The notes beneath the pieces are model-generated. The model saw only the letters and a program-made list of their open reading frames with translations, ran no database searches and was not told where the DNA came from. DNA of 64,000 nt from assembly GCF_009914755.1 (NCBI RefSeq), contig NC_060929.1, one strand, 5' to 3'. Each line of letters starts with the position of its first letter. Position 1 is the stretch's first letter. The stretch is from the human T2T-CHM13v2.0 reference genome, Homo sapiens. Below, piece after piece: positions 46,969 to 60,170 of the stretch. Position numbers and translations under genes: made by a program.

Positions 46969-47689
46969 GTAAGCGTCCAACCCTTGGCCTGCCCACCTGC
47001 CCCTCCTCCACCCAAGGTGCTCAGAATGGGCTGGGGGTCCCCATAATAACCTCACTTTTATCCAGCTCATTGCAGTCACATAGGCACTCTGCTGCCCCAT
47101 CCTGCCTGATTCTGGGACTGGCCATGAGTTGGCAGGAGATAGTATCACCCCACTTCACAGACAGTGAAAGCAAGGCTCAGATCACAGGTCCAGTGTGTTT
47201 CTACCACTCCCAATTGCTTCATAATCCCTTGCATGTGTGTAAATGTTAGAGCTGAGATAATGCTCTGCTCTCTACACTTTGGTTTCAAGAACTGCCCTGT
47301 TGAGGCCTTTGAGCCACTGTGAGAGCACCTCCTCTTCCCAGCTCTTCACGGGAGTGGCTGGGCCTGTGTGTAGCTCACTGTCTGCTAGCACAGACCACAG
47401 GAGTGGAGAATGTAGGCTTCACAAGAGCAGGAATCCTTGTCTATTGTTCCCTGATACATTGCAAACACAGAACAGTGCCTAAGTCATACTAGGCACTGGG
47501 TATATTTTTGTTAAATAAATGAATGCAAAGGTTTACAATAACAAGCACCTCCCTCGTACCCTCGATACTGTTCATCTGGCTCTGCACATGCTGGCTCCTT
47601 CGCAGCCTTCAGGCCCTGCCTCAGTGTCCCCTCAGTGTTCCTTGCTCACTCTTTCAGTATCTTGTGTGTCTCCTTCATAGCATTTTTGT

Positions 47690-48040
47690 GTAGAGATATA
47701 TAGAATTCACATACCATATAATTCGCCCATTTAAATTGCACAATTCAGTGGTTTTTAGCACATTCGGAGTTCTAAAACCATCACCACAATCAATTTTAGG
47801 ACATTTTTATCACCCCAGAAAGAAACCCCCTTGCCCTTTAGCCCTCACCTCCCCAACACCCCCCGGCCTCCCAGCCCTGGGCAGCTACAGATCTGCTTTC
47901 TGTTTCTGTGGATTTGCCTAGTCTGGGCATTCTGCATAAATAGACCTCACAATATGTGGTCTCTGGGAGCTGGCTCTTTCGTTGAGCACAGTGTCTTCCC
48001 CCCATAGCATTGTGCACTTTGTTGTACTTACTTGTATGTT
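47690..48040 (-). mobile_element. L1M 3' fragment
   Basis: aattcacataccatataattcgcccatttaaa...gatttgcctagtctgggcatt. Confidence 0.7.
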
Positions 48041-48174
48041 TGCCATCTCCCCATGCCCATGGTTGGGAGAGTTTTGCTCTGGCAGGGAGGCCCAGTCGAA
48101 TAGTACTGGACTCCCCAGCCCTCCTGCCCCACGGCCCTGACAACCTATCAGCACCCACTTCCCGCTTTGCCCAG

Positions 48175-48315
48175 GAGCCATGTCACTAGCCGGGGCCCAA
48201 GGCAGCCTGTGGTCTGTGGAAGGAGGCAATAAGCTGGTTTGTTCCGGTTTGCTGAAGCTCACCAAGGCCAATGTGATCCATGCCACAGTGACCTCTGTGA
48301 CCCTGCACAGCACAG
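48175..48315 (+). CDS. PCYOX1L: PCYOX1L exon 5
   Basis: ctttgcccag|GAGCC...ACAG|gtgagt; AMSLAGAQGSLWSVEGGNKLVCSGLLKLTKANVIHATVTSVTLHST. Confidence 0.95.
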
Positions 48316-48807
48316 GTGAGTAGACAGGGCGGGAGTGGGCAGGCATGCCATTCCCAGCCAGTGGACAGACACTTCTGCCTCCTTTGTACCTCAGCCCTGG
48401 TCTGTGATCCCCCTGGGGAGTATTTCCGAAAAAGCATTGAGAAGCCCCAACCCTGCCAGGTGACACTAGAGGGTGCTGTTTCCCCAATTCAGATGTCAGC
48501 CAGAAAGCTGAGACTTCCATCGACCCAGCCTTTTTCTGTTGACCGATGAGGACTTTGAATGACATCCTTGCCCACGCTCCCCCAACTGGCCAGCGGCGGA
48601 AGCAGAGCAGAAACTGAGTCTCCTGACTCCATGCCCCTTGCTTCATCTGCAGCCGCATCAGCATGGAGAGGCCAGGACCCACCATTTAGACAGCCCTGCT
48701 GCACCCTGAGCACCAGGGTCTCGTTGTACCTCAATGCTGGACCCCAGTAGGGAGTTCAGTGGGTAGAAGCCAAGGGAAAGTTGACTTTTGTGCTCTTTTC
48801 TTTCCAG

Positions 48808-49469
48808 AGGGGAAAGCCCTGTACCAGGTGGCGTATGAGAATGAGGTAGGCAACAGCTCTGACTTCTATGACATCGTGGTCATCGCCACCCCCCTGCACC
48901 TGGACAACAGCAGCAGCAACTTAACCTTTGCAGGCTTCCACCCGCCCATTGATGACGTGCAGGGCTCTTTCCAGCCCACCGTCGTCTCCTTGGTCCACGG
49001 CTACCTCAACTCGTCCTACTTCGGTTTCCCAGACCCTAAGCTTTTCCCCTTTGCCAACATCCTTACCACAGATTTCCCCAGCTTCTTCTGCACTCTGGAC
49101 AACATCTGCCCTGTCAACATCTCTGCCAGCTTCCGGCGAAAGCAGCCCCAGGAGGCAGCTGTTTGGCGAGTCCAGTCCCCCAAGCCCCTCTTTCGGACCC
49201 AGCTAAAGACCCTGTTCCGTTCCTATTACTCAGTGCAGACAGCTGAGTGGCAGGCCCATCCCCTCTATGGCTCCCGCCCCACGCTCCCGAGGTTTGCACT
49301 CCATGACCAGCTCTTCTACCTCAATGCCCTGGAGTGGGCGGCCAGCTCCGTGGAGGTGATGGCCGTGGCTGCCAAGAATGTGGCCTTGCTGGCTTACAAC
49401 CGCTGGTACCAGGACCTAGACAAGATTGATCAAAAAGATTTGATGCACAAGGTCAAGACTGAACTGTGA
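48808..49469 (+). CDS. PCYOX1L: PCYOX1L exon 6; total CDS 1485 nt = 494 aa, prenylcysteine oxidase 1-like
   Basis: ttctttccag|AGGGG...CTGTGA; YDIVVIATPL, LFYLNALEWAASSVEVMAVAAKNVALL, ends KTEL. Confidence 0.96.
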
Positions 49470-50480
49470 GGGCTCTAGGGAGAGCCTGGGAACTTTCATC
49501 CCCCACTGAAGATGGATCATCCCACAGCAGCCCAGGACTGAATAAGCCATGCTCGCCCACCAGGCTTCTTTCTGACCCCTCATGTATCAAGCATCTCCAG
49601 GTGACCTACTGTCTGCCTATATTAAGGGTCCACACGGCGGCTGCTGCTTTTTTTTAAGGGGGAAAGTAAGAAAAGAGAAGGAAATCCAAGCCAGTATATT
49701 TGTTTTATTTATTTTTTTTAAGAAGAAAAAAGTTCATCTTCACAAGGTGCTTCAGACTTGGTTTCTTAGCTAGAAACCAGAAGACTACGGGAGGGAATAT
49801 AAGGCAGAGAACTATGAGTCTTATTTTATTACTGTTTTTCACTACCTACTCCCACAATGGACAATCAATTGAGGCAACCTACAAGAAAACATTTACAACC
49901 AGATGGTTACAAATAAAGTAGAAGGGAAGATCAGAAAACCTAAGAAATGATCATAGCTCCTGGTTACTGTGGACTTGATGGATTTGAAGTACCTAGTTCA
50001 GAACTCCCTAGTCACCATCTCCAAGCCTGTCAACATCACTGCATATTGGAGGAGATGACTGTGGTAGGACCCAAGGAAGAGATGTGTGCCTGAATAGTCG
50101 TCACCATATCTCCAAGCTTCCTGGCAACCAGTGGGAAAAGAAACATGCGAGGCTGTAGGAAGAGGGAAGCTCTTCCTTGGCACCTAGAGGAATTAGCCAT
50201 TCTCTTCCTTATGCAAAGATTGAGGAATGCAACAATATAAAGAAGAGAAGTCCCCAGATGGTAGAGAGCAGTCATATCTTACCCCTAGATGTTCATCCCA
50301 GCAGAAGAAAGAAGAAGGTGTTGGGGTAGGATTCTTCAGAGGTTAGCCTGGTACTTTCTCATCAGACACTAGCTTGAAGTAAGAGGAGAATTATGCTTTT
50401 CTTTGCTTTTTCTACAAACCCTTAAAAATCACTTGTTTTAAAAAGAAAGTAAAAGCCCTTTTCATTCCTTTTGGACCTGT
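49470..50480 (+). other. PCYOX1L: PCYOX1L 3'UTR (approximate end)
   Basis: AATAAA at 49912-49917; AGTAAA at 50448-50453 followed by a U-rich tract. Confidence 0.6.
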
Positions 50481-50818
50481 TCTTTTCTGTAATGGAAGAA
50501 CTAAGTCTTAGGTTCCCGGGGACCAACCACTACATTAGTATCTTCTGGGGAAGGGGAGGGAGCCTTGAGAAAGATGCAGATGCCGAAGCCCTACCAGCCT
50601 TGCTAAATCAGGCTTTAGGGAAAGGGCCTGGGTGCCCAGAGTAACAACACTGCCAAATGCATGGGCAAAATACCCTTCCAGTTGGTGGAGGCCCAAACTG
50701 GCTCTGAGGTGGTTTTTACTGTGCCAGGGTGATGGTAATGGCAGTGAAAGAAAGTACAAGTAGCATGCACTTATAGATAACTATAGAAATTATGAAACTG
50801 ACACATCAGTAAGAAGGC

Positions 50819-51145
<327 letters not shown>

Positions 51146-52387
51146 AAGTAAGAAGGCTTTTGATGAAGTGGTAGGAAACCAAATTCAAATTGACTTAAGC
51201 AATAAAAAGTTTTTATTAGTTATCATGGCTTTAAAGTCCAGGCATAGAGCACTGTGCAGTCTTACAGTTCCATGATTTCTCTCATAGTCAAAGATGGCTG
51301 CCAACAGCTCCCAGGAAGAGAAGGTCTTCTCTCATAAGCACTGAACCAAATTTTGGACTCTGGGCCAGTTGGACCACCCCTGAACCAATTCCTGTGGTCA
51401 AGGGAATGCCACATGCTGATTGGCTTGGGATTCAGATACGAGACTAGTAACCATGATGCAGGCAGGGAGGGTGTGAGATTAAGCTGATTGGCTTAAAGCA
51501 GTCAGGTCCTATCCCTGGAGCAGAAGTGGCCTCATCCAGACTTCAAGGTCAAAGGGGGAAAGGGTATTGGAGAGAGAGCCACAATGTCAGCCACATGCAA
51601 ATGGGGCTCTCAAGTCCAGTGAACTCGAAGTGTGTAATGGCATCTTTTCATGGTCTGTTTGAAATGAAGATGGCATGCGCTGTCATGGTGTAATTAATAA
51701 TTGGTATTGGCCCAGCACTGGACAATACAAAACTTATCCCTGATAACCACCCCTCCCTTGCATCCCTACAGAGAATTTGTGCACAGAAGACACAAACCAA
51801 GGCAGTTACATTTGATCCTCAGTCCTTGTCTGGGCTTTGGCTCCATGCCCAAGCATGACTGCATTGGAACTGGCTATGTCCTTCAGAAACCTTCTTTACC
51901 TGGGTAGGCCCAAACAGCTCAGAACTAAAGCCAGCCAAAATGCCCACAATCCCTGCCTCCCCAAGCCCAAACCTGATTCCTTGGAGGCAGGGAGGAAAGG
52001 ACAGATTCCAGAAATAAGAACCAACAGGACGCCTTTGCCCCAGGGCTCACCCCAACCTTCTCAGGCCTGGACAGAAGCCCCCAGCAGTTCACGGAGCCCT
52101 GGAAGAAGAGAGCATTTGCAAAGACAGCCAAACAAAACAGGTAAAGGGCCACACATCCTCAGTCCTGGATGCAGTGTAGTAGACGTTTAATACCCTTCAT
52201 GGGAACTCTGCCTCCTGGAGCAGGTGACCCAAGCAAAATTTCAGGACTTTGGGGGATAAGGGGCAGCTGTAGAGGGTAGAATGGAGGTGGGTGATTGGCA
52301 GTGGGGGACCCGGGAGGTTGATAAGGAATTCTTTGTTCTGACCCACCTATGAAGGCATAATAGAGGGAGGCAGGAGGCAGATCTTGG

Positions 52388-52401
52388 GCTCCCCCTAGAG
52401 G
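52388..52401 (-). promoter_or_regulatory. CTCF-like motif
   Basis: Minus strand reads CCTCTAGGGGGAGC. Confidence 0.5.
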
Positions 52402-53607
52402 CGTCTGTGCACTCATTCACCAAACACGGCGCCCCTATCCGCTCTGGACACTGCCAGGTGCTGGAGGTGCAGTGCTGAGCAAGGGATGAGGCCCCTGTCC
52501 CACGGAGTGCAAGCTTCTCGCTAGAGGAGGCAAACATGAAACACACTTAGACTCAGACCAAAGGAAGTTCCAGGGTGCTGTGTAGAGCCAGCTCTCCAAA
52601 GGACCTGAGCTCCCTGCTGCTGCCTTTAAACTGGGAGCCTGGGAAGAGCCAGCTGGGACTCGGAGCTACGCCAGTGGTCAGCCCAGCCACCAAGGCCAAG
52701 CTTCTAAGTCACAGAATGGTAAGCCTGGAAAAGACCCTAGAGGCCCCCAAATCCCATTTGTTCGTTTCACGGATGAGGAATCTAAAGCCCAAAAAGAGGA
52801 GAAGGCATCATCCGTATGAGACTAGCTGGTGTTTATGGAGCATCTGGGGGCTCCTGATGCTTGGGTAGAAGTAAGACACCCCCCTCCTACCACAATGAGG
52901 GGTTTCCCCACCAGCCCCTATGCCCCAGAGCACCTAGGGTCTCCCAGGACTACAAGCAACCCTCTTGCAGCTCAATTCTTCCCACACCCTCACCCCACAG
53001 AAAAGGCTTGGAAGCTGTGGGCCCTTCATGTGGGGCTGAAGTCTTAAGACCTGGAGAGCAGCCCCAAGGGTGGAGAAGCGGCTGCTGAAGGGATCAGCAT
53101 GCGCTGGCACAGGAAGTCTGTTTTCCATGTGTCTGGAACCCAGCCGAAGCTTCCTGGGGTAATTTTAACCAGTATCCACTCTAGAACAATACCAAAAAAG
53201 GTAAGTTACTTACCATCCCAGGCAGGCACATACCTAATCACTGGCCTTTCATGAATTAGACCCTTAAGACATTCAGAGCTAAAGCTGCTTTAAGCACTAA
53301 AGTCAGAGCAGCCAAGCCACATATTCCTGTCCTGGGCGGTTGGCCCTTTTATTAAAGTTAACTCTAAAGTGCTAGCTATTCTTACCCTCAGAATATAGTC
53401 TTAGCCCCTCAGCTGTCTTGTGGGAGGGAAGGTATTTTTAGACCCTAGAACAGCTGATTTGGGATTTGCTGCAGGGGTTAGAGGGCCCAGGGGGAGGATT
53501 GAATTGCTAGGGGACAAAATGGGAAGTGGGGAGTTGCATCCAGGGGACTCTTGCATCAAGAGTCAGCATGGGCTTTAGGATATATTAGTCCACACTGCTG
53601 TTTTTGG

Positions 53608-53912
53608 CTTTTTTTTTTTTTTTTTTTTTTTGACAGTCTCACTCTGTCACCCAGGGTGGAGTGCAGTGGCACAGTCATGGCTAACTGCAGCCTTAACCTC
53701 CCTAGGCTCAAGTGATCCTTCCACCTCAGCCTCTCTAACACCTGGGATTACAGGCGCATGCCACCATGCTGGGCTATTTTTTGTATTTTGTTTGTAGAGA
53801 TGAGGTTTTGCCATGTTTCTCAGCCTGGTCTCAAATTCCTGAGGCTCAAGAAATCCGCCTGCCTCAGCTTCCCGAAGTGCTGGTGTTATAGGAGTAAGCC
53901 AACACACTGCCA
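53608..53912 (-). mobile_element. Alu (J-type)
   Basis: Antisense dimer. Confidence 0.9.
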
Positions 53913-53943
53913 TTTTTGATCAACAAAGTATCTTAATATAAGC

Positions 53944-54155
53944 CAGTGGTTCTCAAAGTGCAGAGCCCAGACCAGCAGCACCAGCATCACCTGGGAACAA
54001 CTGTTTATATATTAGAAATGCAAGAAAAACACTGCAAAAAAATGCAAAGTATCAGCCTCCACCTGAATCAGAACCTCTAGATGTGGGGCCCCGCAAGCTG
54101 TTTTAACAATCCCTCCAGGAGATTCTGATGCTCACTAAAGTTTGAGAATCACTGA
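53944..54155 (+). mobile_element. MER5A-like DNA transposon
   Basis: cagtggttctcaaagtg...cagcatcacctggga...aaagtttgagaatcactg with terminal inverted repeats. Confidence 0.8.
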
Positions 54156-54633
54156 TATCAGCAAACCATCTAATAAGATCCCCTTTTGGACAGGGCTGGA
54201 AGAAAGAATGATCTACATTGACACTTCTCAACTTACGAGTGTCTGTTCAAAACCAGGAATCCTCAGCTCAGAAAAAGTGCATACATAAAAATTTCAGGGA
54301 TGCACTATCTCTGATGCACCTGCTCTTTGGCAACCTGGAGGCCTTTCTTTGGGTCTAAGTCTGATCTGCAGAGAATCTCAGAGCTGAAAAAGACTTTTTA
54401 GATCATCTACTCCAACCAGAGCAGGGGTCTGCTCCATAATACCTTTGAGAAGCCTGGCTTTAAGTTAACACTTTCAGAGATGGGGAGCTCCCCGCCTCAA
54501 AAGAGCTTGTTTCCAGTGACCCTTAAGTGGGTAGAGTTAACTCTTGTTAACTCCTATATTGGTTTATAGCAACCAAGCTACATTAACATGGCTGAAATAT
54601 AGACTTATAAACCCAGATTAAAGGAAACACATG

Positions 54634-54925
54634 GGCCGGGTGTGGTGGCTCACACCTGTAATCCCAACACTTTGGGAGGCCGAGGTGGGCAGAAGTCTGA
54701 TCTGCAGAGAGGCCCAGGAGTTGAAGATCAGCCTGGGCAACATGGTGAAACCCCATATCTACAAAAAATACAAAAATTAGCTTGGTGTAGTGGCACACAC
54801 CTGTAATCCCAGCTACTTGAGTGGCTAAGGTGCGAGTATCACTTGAGCCTGGGGAGGCTGATGCTGCAGTAAGCTGTGACTGGGCCACTTCCACCCTGGG
54901 CGACAGAGTGAGACCCTGTCTCAAA
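54634..54925 (+). mobile_element. Diverged Alu with almost no A tail
   Basis: TSD taaaggaaacacatg at 54619-54633 and 54926-54940. Confidence 0.9.
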
Positions 54926-55132
54926 TAAAGGAAACACATGATGGCCCTAGGTGGTAGAGGTGAACACATTATTTTCTAATAGGCCACCTCAGTATTGGAG
55001 AACTCAGAGTGATGAAAAATCCTCCTTTATATTAATCTGAAATCTACCTCCCAGGAACCTCCTACCCTGACCCTGGTTTTGACTTCGAAGCCACAAAAAG
55101 CAAACCCAAAGTCTTGCTTTCAAAAGTCAGTG

Positions 55133-55138
55133 TTTACT
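55133..55138 (-). terminator. IL17B: IL17B poly(A) signal (AGTAAA variant)
   Basis: tttact on + is AGTAAA on -, about 80 nt past the stop and followed by GU-rich TTTGGGTTTGCTTTTTGTGG. Confidence 0.7.
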
Positions 55139-55215
55139 TTTCATAGGCCTTTCTTGGCACAAAGGTGCAAGGAGGATGGTCTCGGGCTGCTGGCCTGGCT
55201 TCTGGGCCAGGTGAT

Positions 55216-55447
55216 TCAGAAGATGCAGGTGCAGCCCACAGCGATGGTCTCCATGACTGCGCGCTGGCGGCAAGGCCCTGTGCGGGGCGGTGGCGGGCAG
55301 AGGCGGCGGCGCACAGGAACCTGGCTGAACACCGGCACGCTCACCATGCTGCGGTCCTCCTGCATGGTGAAGGGGTTCACACAGCCCAGACACAGGCACC
55401 GTGCCTCCGGCAGGTCCACGGGGATACGGCTGGGGTCGTGGTTGATG
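55216..55447 (-). CDS. IL17B: IL17B exon 3 (cystine-knot C-terminus); total CDS 543 nt = 180 aa
   Basis: ctgcag|CATCAAC...TTCTGA; INHDPSRIPVDLPEARCLCLGCVNPF...IAVGCTCIF has the IL-17 family CxC motifs. Confidence 0.97.
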
Positions 55448-56447
55448 CTGCAGGGAGCAGAAGAAAGAGCAGAGCGGAAGGTGATCAGGAAAGGGCCAGT
55501 CAGCACCCATACTCCACACCCCTGCCTTTCCTAATCAGAGTTTTAATTTCCACAGCAAGACTGTGTTGGGCTGGAGGAAAGGCAGTAATCAACTCCATGT
55601 TCCACGTGAGGAAACTGAAGATCATGGAAGGCAAGTCGAGAGCCCCAAGGTTATCCAGCTTCAAGGTCACCAGTCACCCAGCTTCCTTCTTTCGTGCAGC
55701 CAGATGCCCATCCCAGTACTAGGTTGCGCTGTGGGGATTGTGGAGTAGCCCTCTACCACCTAGGGCCCTCATGTGTTTCCTTTATTTGAGACAGGGTCTC
55801 ACTCTGTCACCCAGGGTGGAAGTGGCCCAGTCACAGCTTACTGCAGCATCAGCCTCCCCAGGCTCAAGTGATTAAGGCCTCCCTCTGCCTGCCCCACCCC
55901 CACTGTGTTTATATTGTTGGGAAACTTAATCCACGGAAATAAAGTGTGGATTATTTTTATTGATGCCTAATTTCCACTGGCAAAGAAGTCAGGAGGTCTG
56001 GGTTCTATTCTGACTTAATCTCCATTCATTCAACACTTACATGCTCACCACATGAGCAGTTCTGTCCTAGATTTTAGGTATTCATTGATGAACAAAGCAG
56101 ACAAGTTCCCTCCTGGTGCTCTCAGGGAGCCTTGCATACAGGGACTTGCTTTGTGACCTCTCCTTTTCTGCACCTCGGTTTCCCCATCTGCTAAATACGG
56201 GACAAGGAAGTGGGTGAACTGGACCTGTGGACATGTAGAATTAGCATCACCTTATGCTTGGGAGCTTGCTAGAAATGCAGAACCTCCTAAATCTGAAGCT
56301 GCATTTTTATCAGATCCCTGAGTGATTCATTGGCACAATCAGATGTGAAAAGCTCCGTTCTGGAGGATCTTTACCGACCCTTCCAATGGTCACATTCTGG
56401 AGCTGCACTGTCCAATGCAGTAGCCACTAGCTTCATGTGTCAAATTA

Positions 56448-56743
<296 letters not shown>

Positions 56744-57582
56744 TTAATCAAAGTTAATCCCTCAGTCACAGTAGCCACATGTCAAGTGCTCAGTAGCTGC
56801 ATGAGGCTAGTGGCTACCATACTGGACTTTACATCATCACAGAAAGTTCTGGTGAACAGTGCTATTCTAGAGTCTCAGGGTATATGTCATGTGGCTGAAA
56901 AATCTCTGGCCTGGGTTTGTGAGTGAGGACCTCAGGGTCAGCCCTTTCCTTCATCTTTGGTCCTTACTATGGGTCAGGCACTGAGCAAGGAAGCGGAGCT
57001 ACAACCAAGAGAGGACGCTGCTGCCATCGTTATCCAGGGCAATGGGTCTTGATTCCCAAATCGCAGCCTGCTGTGCGCCCTGATCACGTGGAGCTATAAG
57101 AAATAGCACTTCCTGGGCCTCACCGCTGGAGGTTTGGATTGGGCATGGGAATCCCTAGGTGATTCTGATGCCGGCACTGGGAAGGCCCAGGTCCAGCATA
57201 AGAGACAGACTGGAACACCGCATGGAAGCGCCACACCTGAGAAGGGCGTCCGAGGCCCACAGAGCAGAGGAAGTGACATCTGGGGAAAGCCTTGCAGGCA
57301 CTTCCATGGAGACTTGAAGAACAATGAGGGCAGTGCTCTGCATGGATATCTCACTTAACAAGACTCTGAGGTACTACTGTTGCCTCCATTTACATTGAGG
57401 AAACTGAGGCCCAGAAAGGCTAATCCATTTGCCCAAAGCCTCACAGGCAAGTAAGAGGCAGAGCTAGGGTTCGAACCCAAGCACCCAGACCTCTGAATCT
57501 GAGATCTTAACCATTACAATGACTGGGGCACAGGAAAGGTCCCCACCCCCCAAAGACAGCTTGCCACCACTGCCCAGCCTAC

Positions 57583-57872
57583 CTGTAGCCCCAGGGAGAC
57601 AGGCTCCTCTTGTTGGACATCCACAGCTGCAAGTTGACCTCACACTTTCTCTGGGCCAGCTCTGAGCTGTTCCTCAGCTGGGCCACCATCTCCTCGATGT
57701 TCCTCTCATACTCCTCCATGCGGGCATACGGTTTCATCCGTGACACCAGGTCCAGTGGCACCTGGTGAGGGCCAGGGGCCAGGGGCCCAGGCCGCCCTTG
57801 CCCCTTCCTCTTGCTTTTGGGGCTCCTGGGCTGGCCCAGCCCCAGGAAGATGGAAATGGTAAGAAGAAACAG
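57583..57872 (-). CDS. IL17B: IL17B exon 2
   Basis: ctccccag|CTGTTT...TACAG|gtaggc; LFLLTISIFLGLGQPRSPKSKRKGQG...NKRSLSPWGY; RSLSPW is the IL-17 family motif. Confidence 0.97.
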
Positions 57873-58708
57873 CTGGGGAGGAAAGCCACAGGTCAAAGGT
57901 GGGAGAGCCAAGTCTCTATCTGGGCCAAGACTTGGGGTCCATGGTCCTTTCCCATTGCTCTTAGGGGTCTCCCAGGCTCAGGTCTGACTCTGCCTACCAT
58001 CCCCCAGCTCTCCCTCCTCAGATTACCCCCTGTTTCCTCTCTCTTGTGTGTTCCAGCCTCTGGTCTTCTCTCAGTCTTACACTCAGCATGCTCCTTCCTG
58101 CCACAGGGACTTTGCACAGCCTCTGCCTGCAGCATTCTGCCTCTTCACCTCCTGGACACCTTCCCACCCCTCGTGTCAGCTTTAGCATCGCTTTCTTAGG
58201 GATGCCTCTGGACTTTCTTGGGCTCTCATAACCCACACACCTCTTGCATGACTTCAATCTTAAAGTTTGTGTATACAATTCTTTTATGTGTCTGCCCCCA
58301 ACTCAGCATGGACTCCGTGGGGGCACGTGTCAGTTTCCACACACTGTCATATCTCCCGTGTCTGCGTGATGCATTCAGTGAACACTCACTGAGTAAATGA
58401 ATGGCTGTCCCCATCGCTGCCCTTCTGTCATTTATGTCTAAGAAGGAAGACAGTGAACAAGAAGACAAACACCCAAGTCTCCCTAGCGACAAGTCCAGGA
58501 TGGGCCCATTCAGGGTGTGGCTGGAGAAGAGTGGGGCCTCCTGCTTAGCTGTGCTGGGACAATGGCCTGGGAAACTTTTCTGGGGAAGGGACATGTCAGG
58601 TGAGGCATGGCAGGCATGGGCTGAGGGAGTTGAAGTCTTGCAGGTGTGGGAGGGGTGGGTTGGGGGAAGATGAGAGAGGAGGTTTGAACTGGTTAAGAAC
58701 TTTGCTGT

Positions 58709-59094
<386 letters not shown>

Positions 59095-60051
59095 CTAAGG
59101 ATGTCCTGTCCGCCTGCACTGCCCTTCTCCCCTGAGCCTTCCCTCTTCCAGCCATCCCCCAAGCCCTCCTCACACACACACACCCTCACCCATTGCCATC
59201 CACTTCTCCCTCCCAGCACCAGAGTATCAGGAAAGCCTTTGGCTCACAAGGAAGAGGACTCAGGCCCGGCAGAAGCCAGACTCCCCAGGAATCCAGAGAG
59301 AAGGGACAGTGCCTGCGTGTGAGGCAGAGCTCCCAGGATGGAGGCACCTCTGACTCCTCTTAAATTGAGATAGGCTCCATATGTTCCCTGTATGCCTCAC
59401 CTCACAGCCCCACAGCCCCATGGCCCATGCCTGCTTTATCCAGGCTACCCAGCAAGTCTTGACCCTAGGAAACAAGTTTCAGCAGAGCCCCTCTTGGCAG
59501 AGGTATTTGCTGGCACAAAATCTGCAACAGAGATTCAAGTGCTAAATTCTTCCTTTTTGGTCCTAGATTCTAGTGCAGAAAAAATGTCTCCCTAACAATA
59601 GGCTCTCTCTTTAGAGTTTCTCACAGGGCATTCTTAAACTCTGGCTCTCCACTCGGAGAAACGTAGAATAGAATCAAAGTCCCCCTCCCTCACTCTCCAG
59701 ATGGGACACTGAGAAACAGAAGGACTTGCCCAAGGTCACACAGCCAGGACCTCAGAAGCCGGGTCTCTTTGGAAAAACCCCGATAACTGAGTTTGCCGGG
59801 ATCTCCCCAGACGCCTCTGGTCTGAAAAGGCTTCAGTGTGCCCCGGCTGAGCCCCGTTCAGGAGCCTGCACTGCTGGCCATGGCTACAGTGACCAGTCTC
59901 TGTTTCTTTCTAGTCCTGGGGGAGAAGACAGAGAAGTTGCCTCTGCAGATTCTAAACCAAACAGAGGCAGCCATTAATAAATAGGAAAGAAAAACTGACA
60001 TATTTGGGCTCTTAAAAAGGGGTGGGGGTGCGGCAGGGAAGCGCCACGTAC

Positions 60052-60072
60052 CAGGTTGTGAGGCCAGTCCAT
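60052..60072 (-). CDS. IL17B: IL17B exon 1 coding part
   Basis: ggaATGGACTGGCCTCACAACCTG|gtacgt = MDWPHNL, phase 0 into exon 2. Confidence 0.93.
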
Positions 60073-60164
60073 TCCGCCAAGCTGCAAGGTCAGCCTGCAG
60101 CTGCTGCCCGCCTGGAACCCCAGATGCCGCCGAGAGAATGGCAGCAACAGGATGGAGCGAAGCA

Positions 60165-60170
60165 ATTATA
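60165..60170 (-). promoter_or_regulatory. IL17B: IL17B TATA-like box
   Basis: TATAAT on the minus strand about 95 nt upstream of the ATG; no intervening ATG. Confidence 0.55.

Larger units (their letters stand above)
54838..55872. repeat. 123-bp inverted repeat (arms 54838-54960 and 55750-55872)
   Basis: Manual alignment of the reverse complement gives 121/123 identity. Confidence 0.95.

Noticed and set aside
47918-48685. 255-aa minus-strand ORF
   Set aside because: Antisense to PCYOX1L exon 5 and runs into an L1 fragment; no recognisable protein.
55079-55722. Overlapping 130-185 aa ORFs on both strands
   Set aside because: Shadow frames of GC-rich IL17B exon 3.
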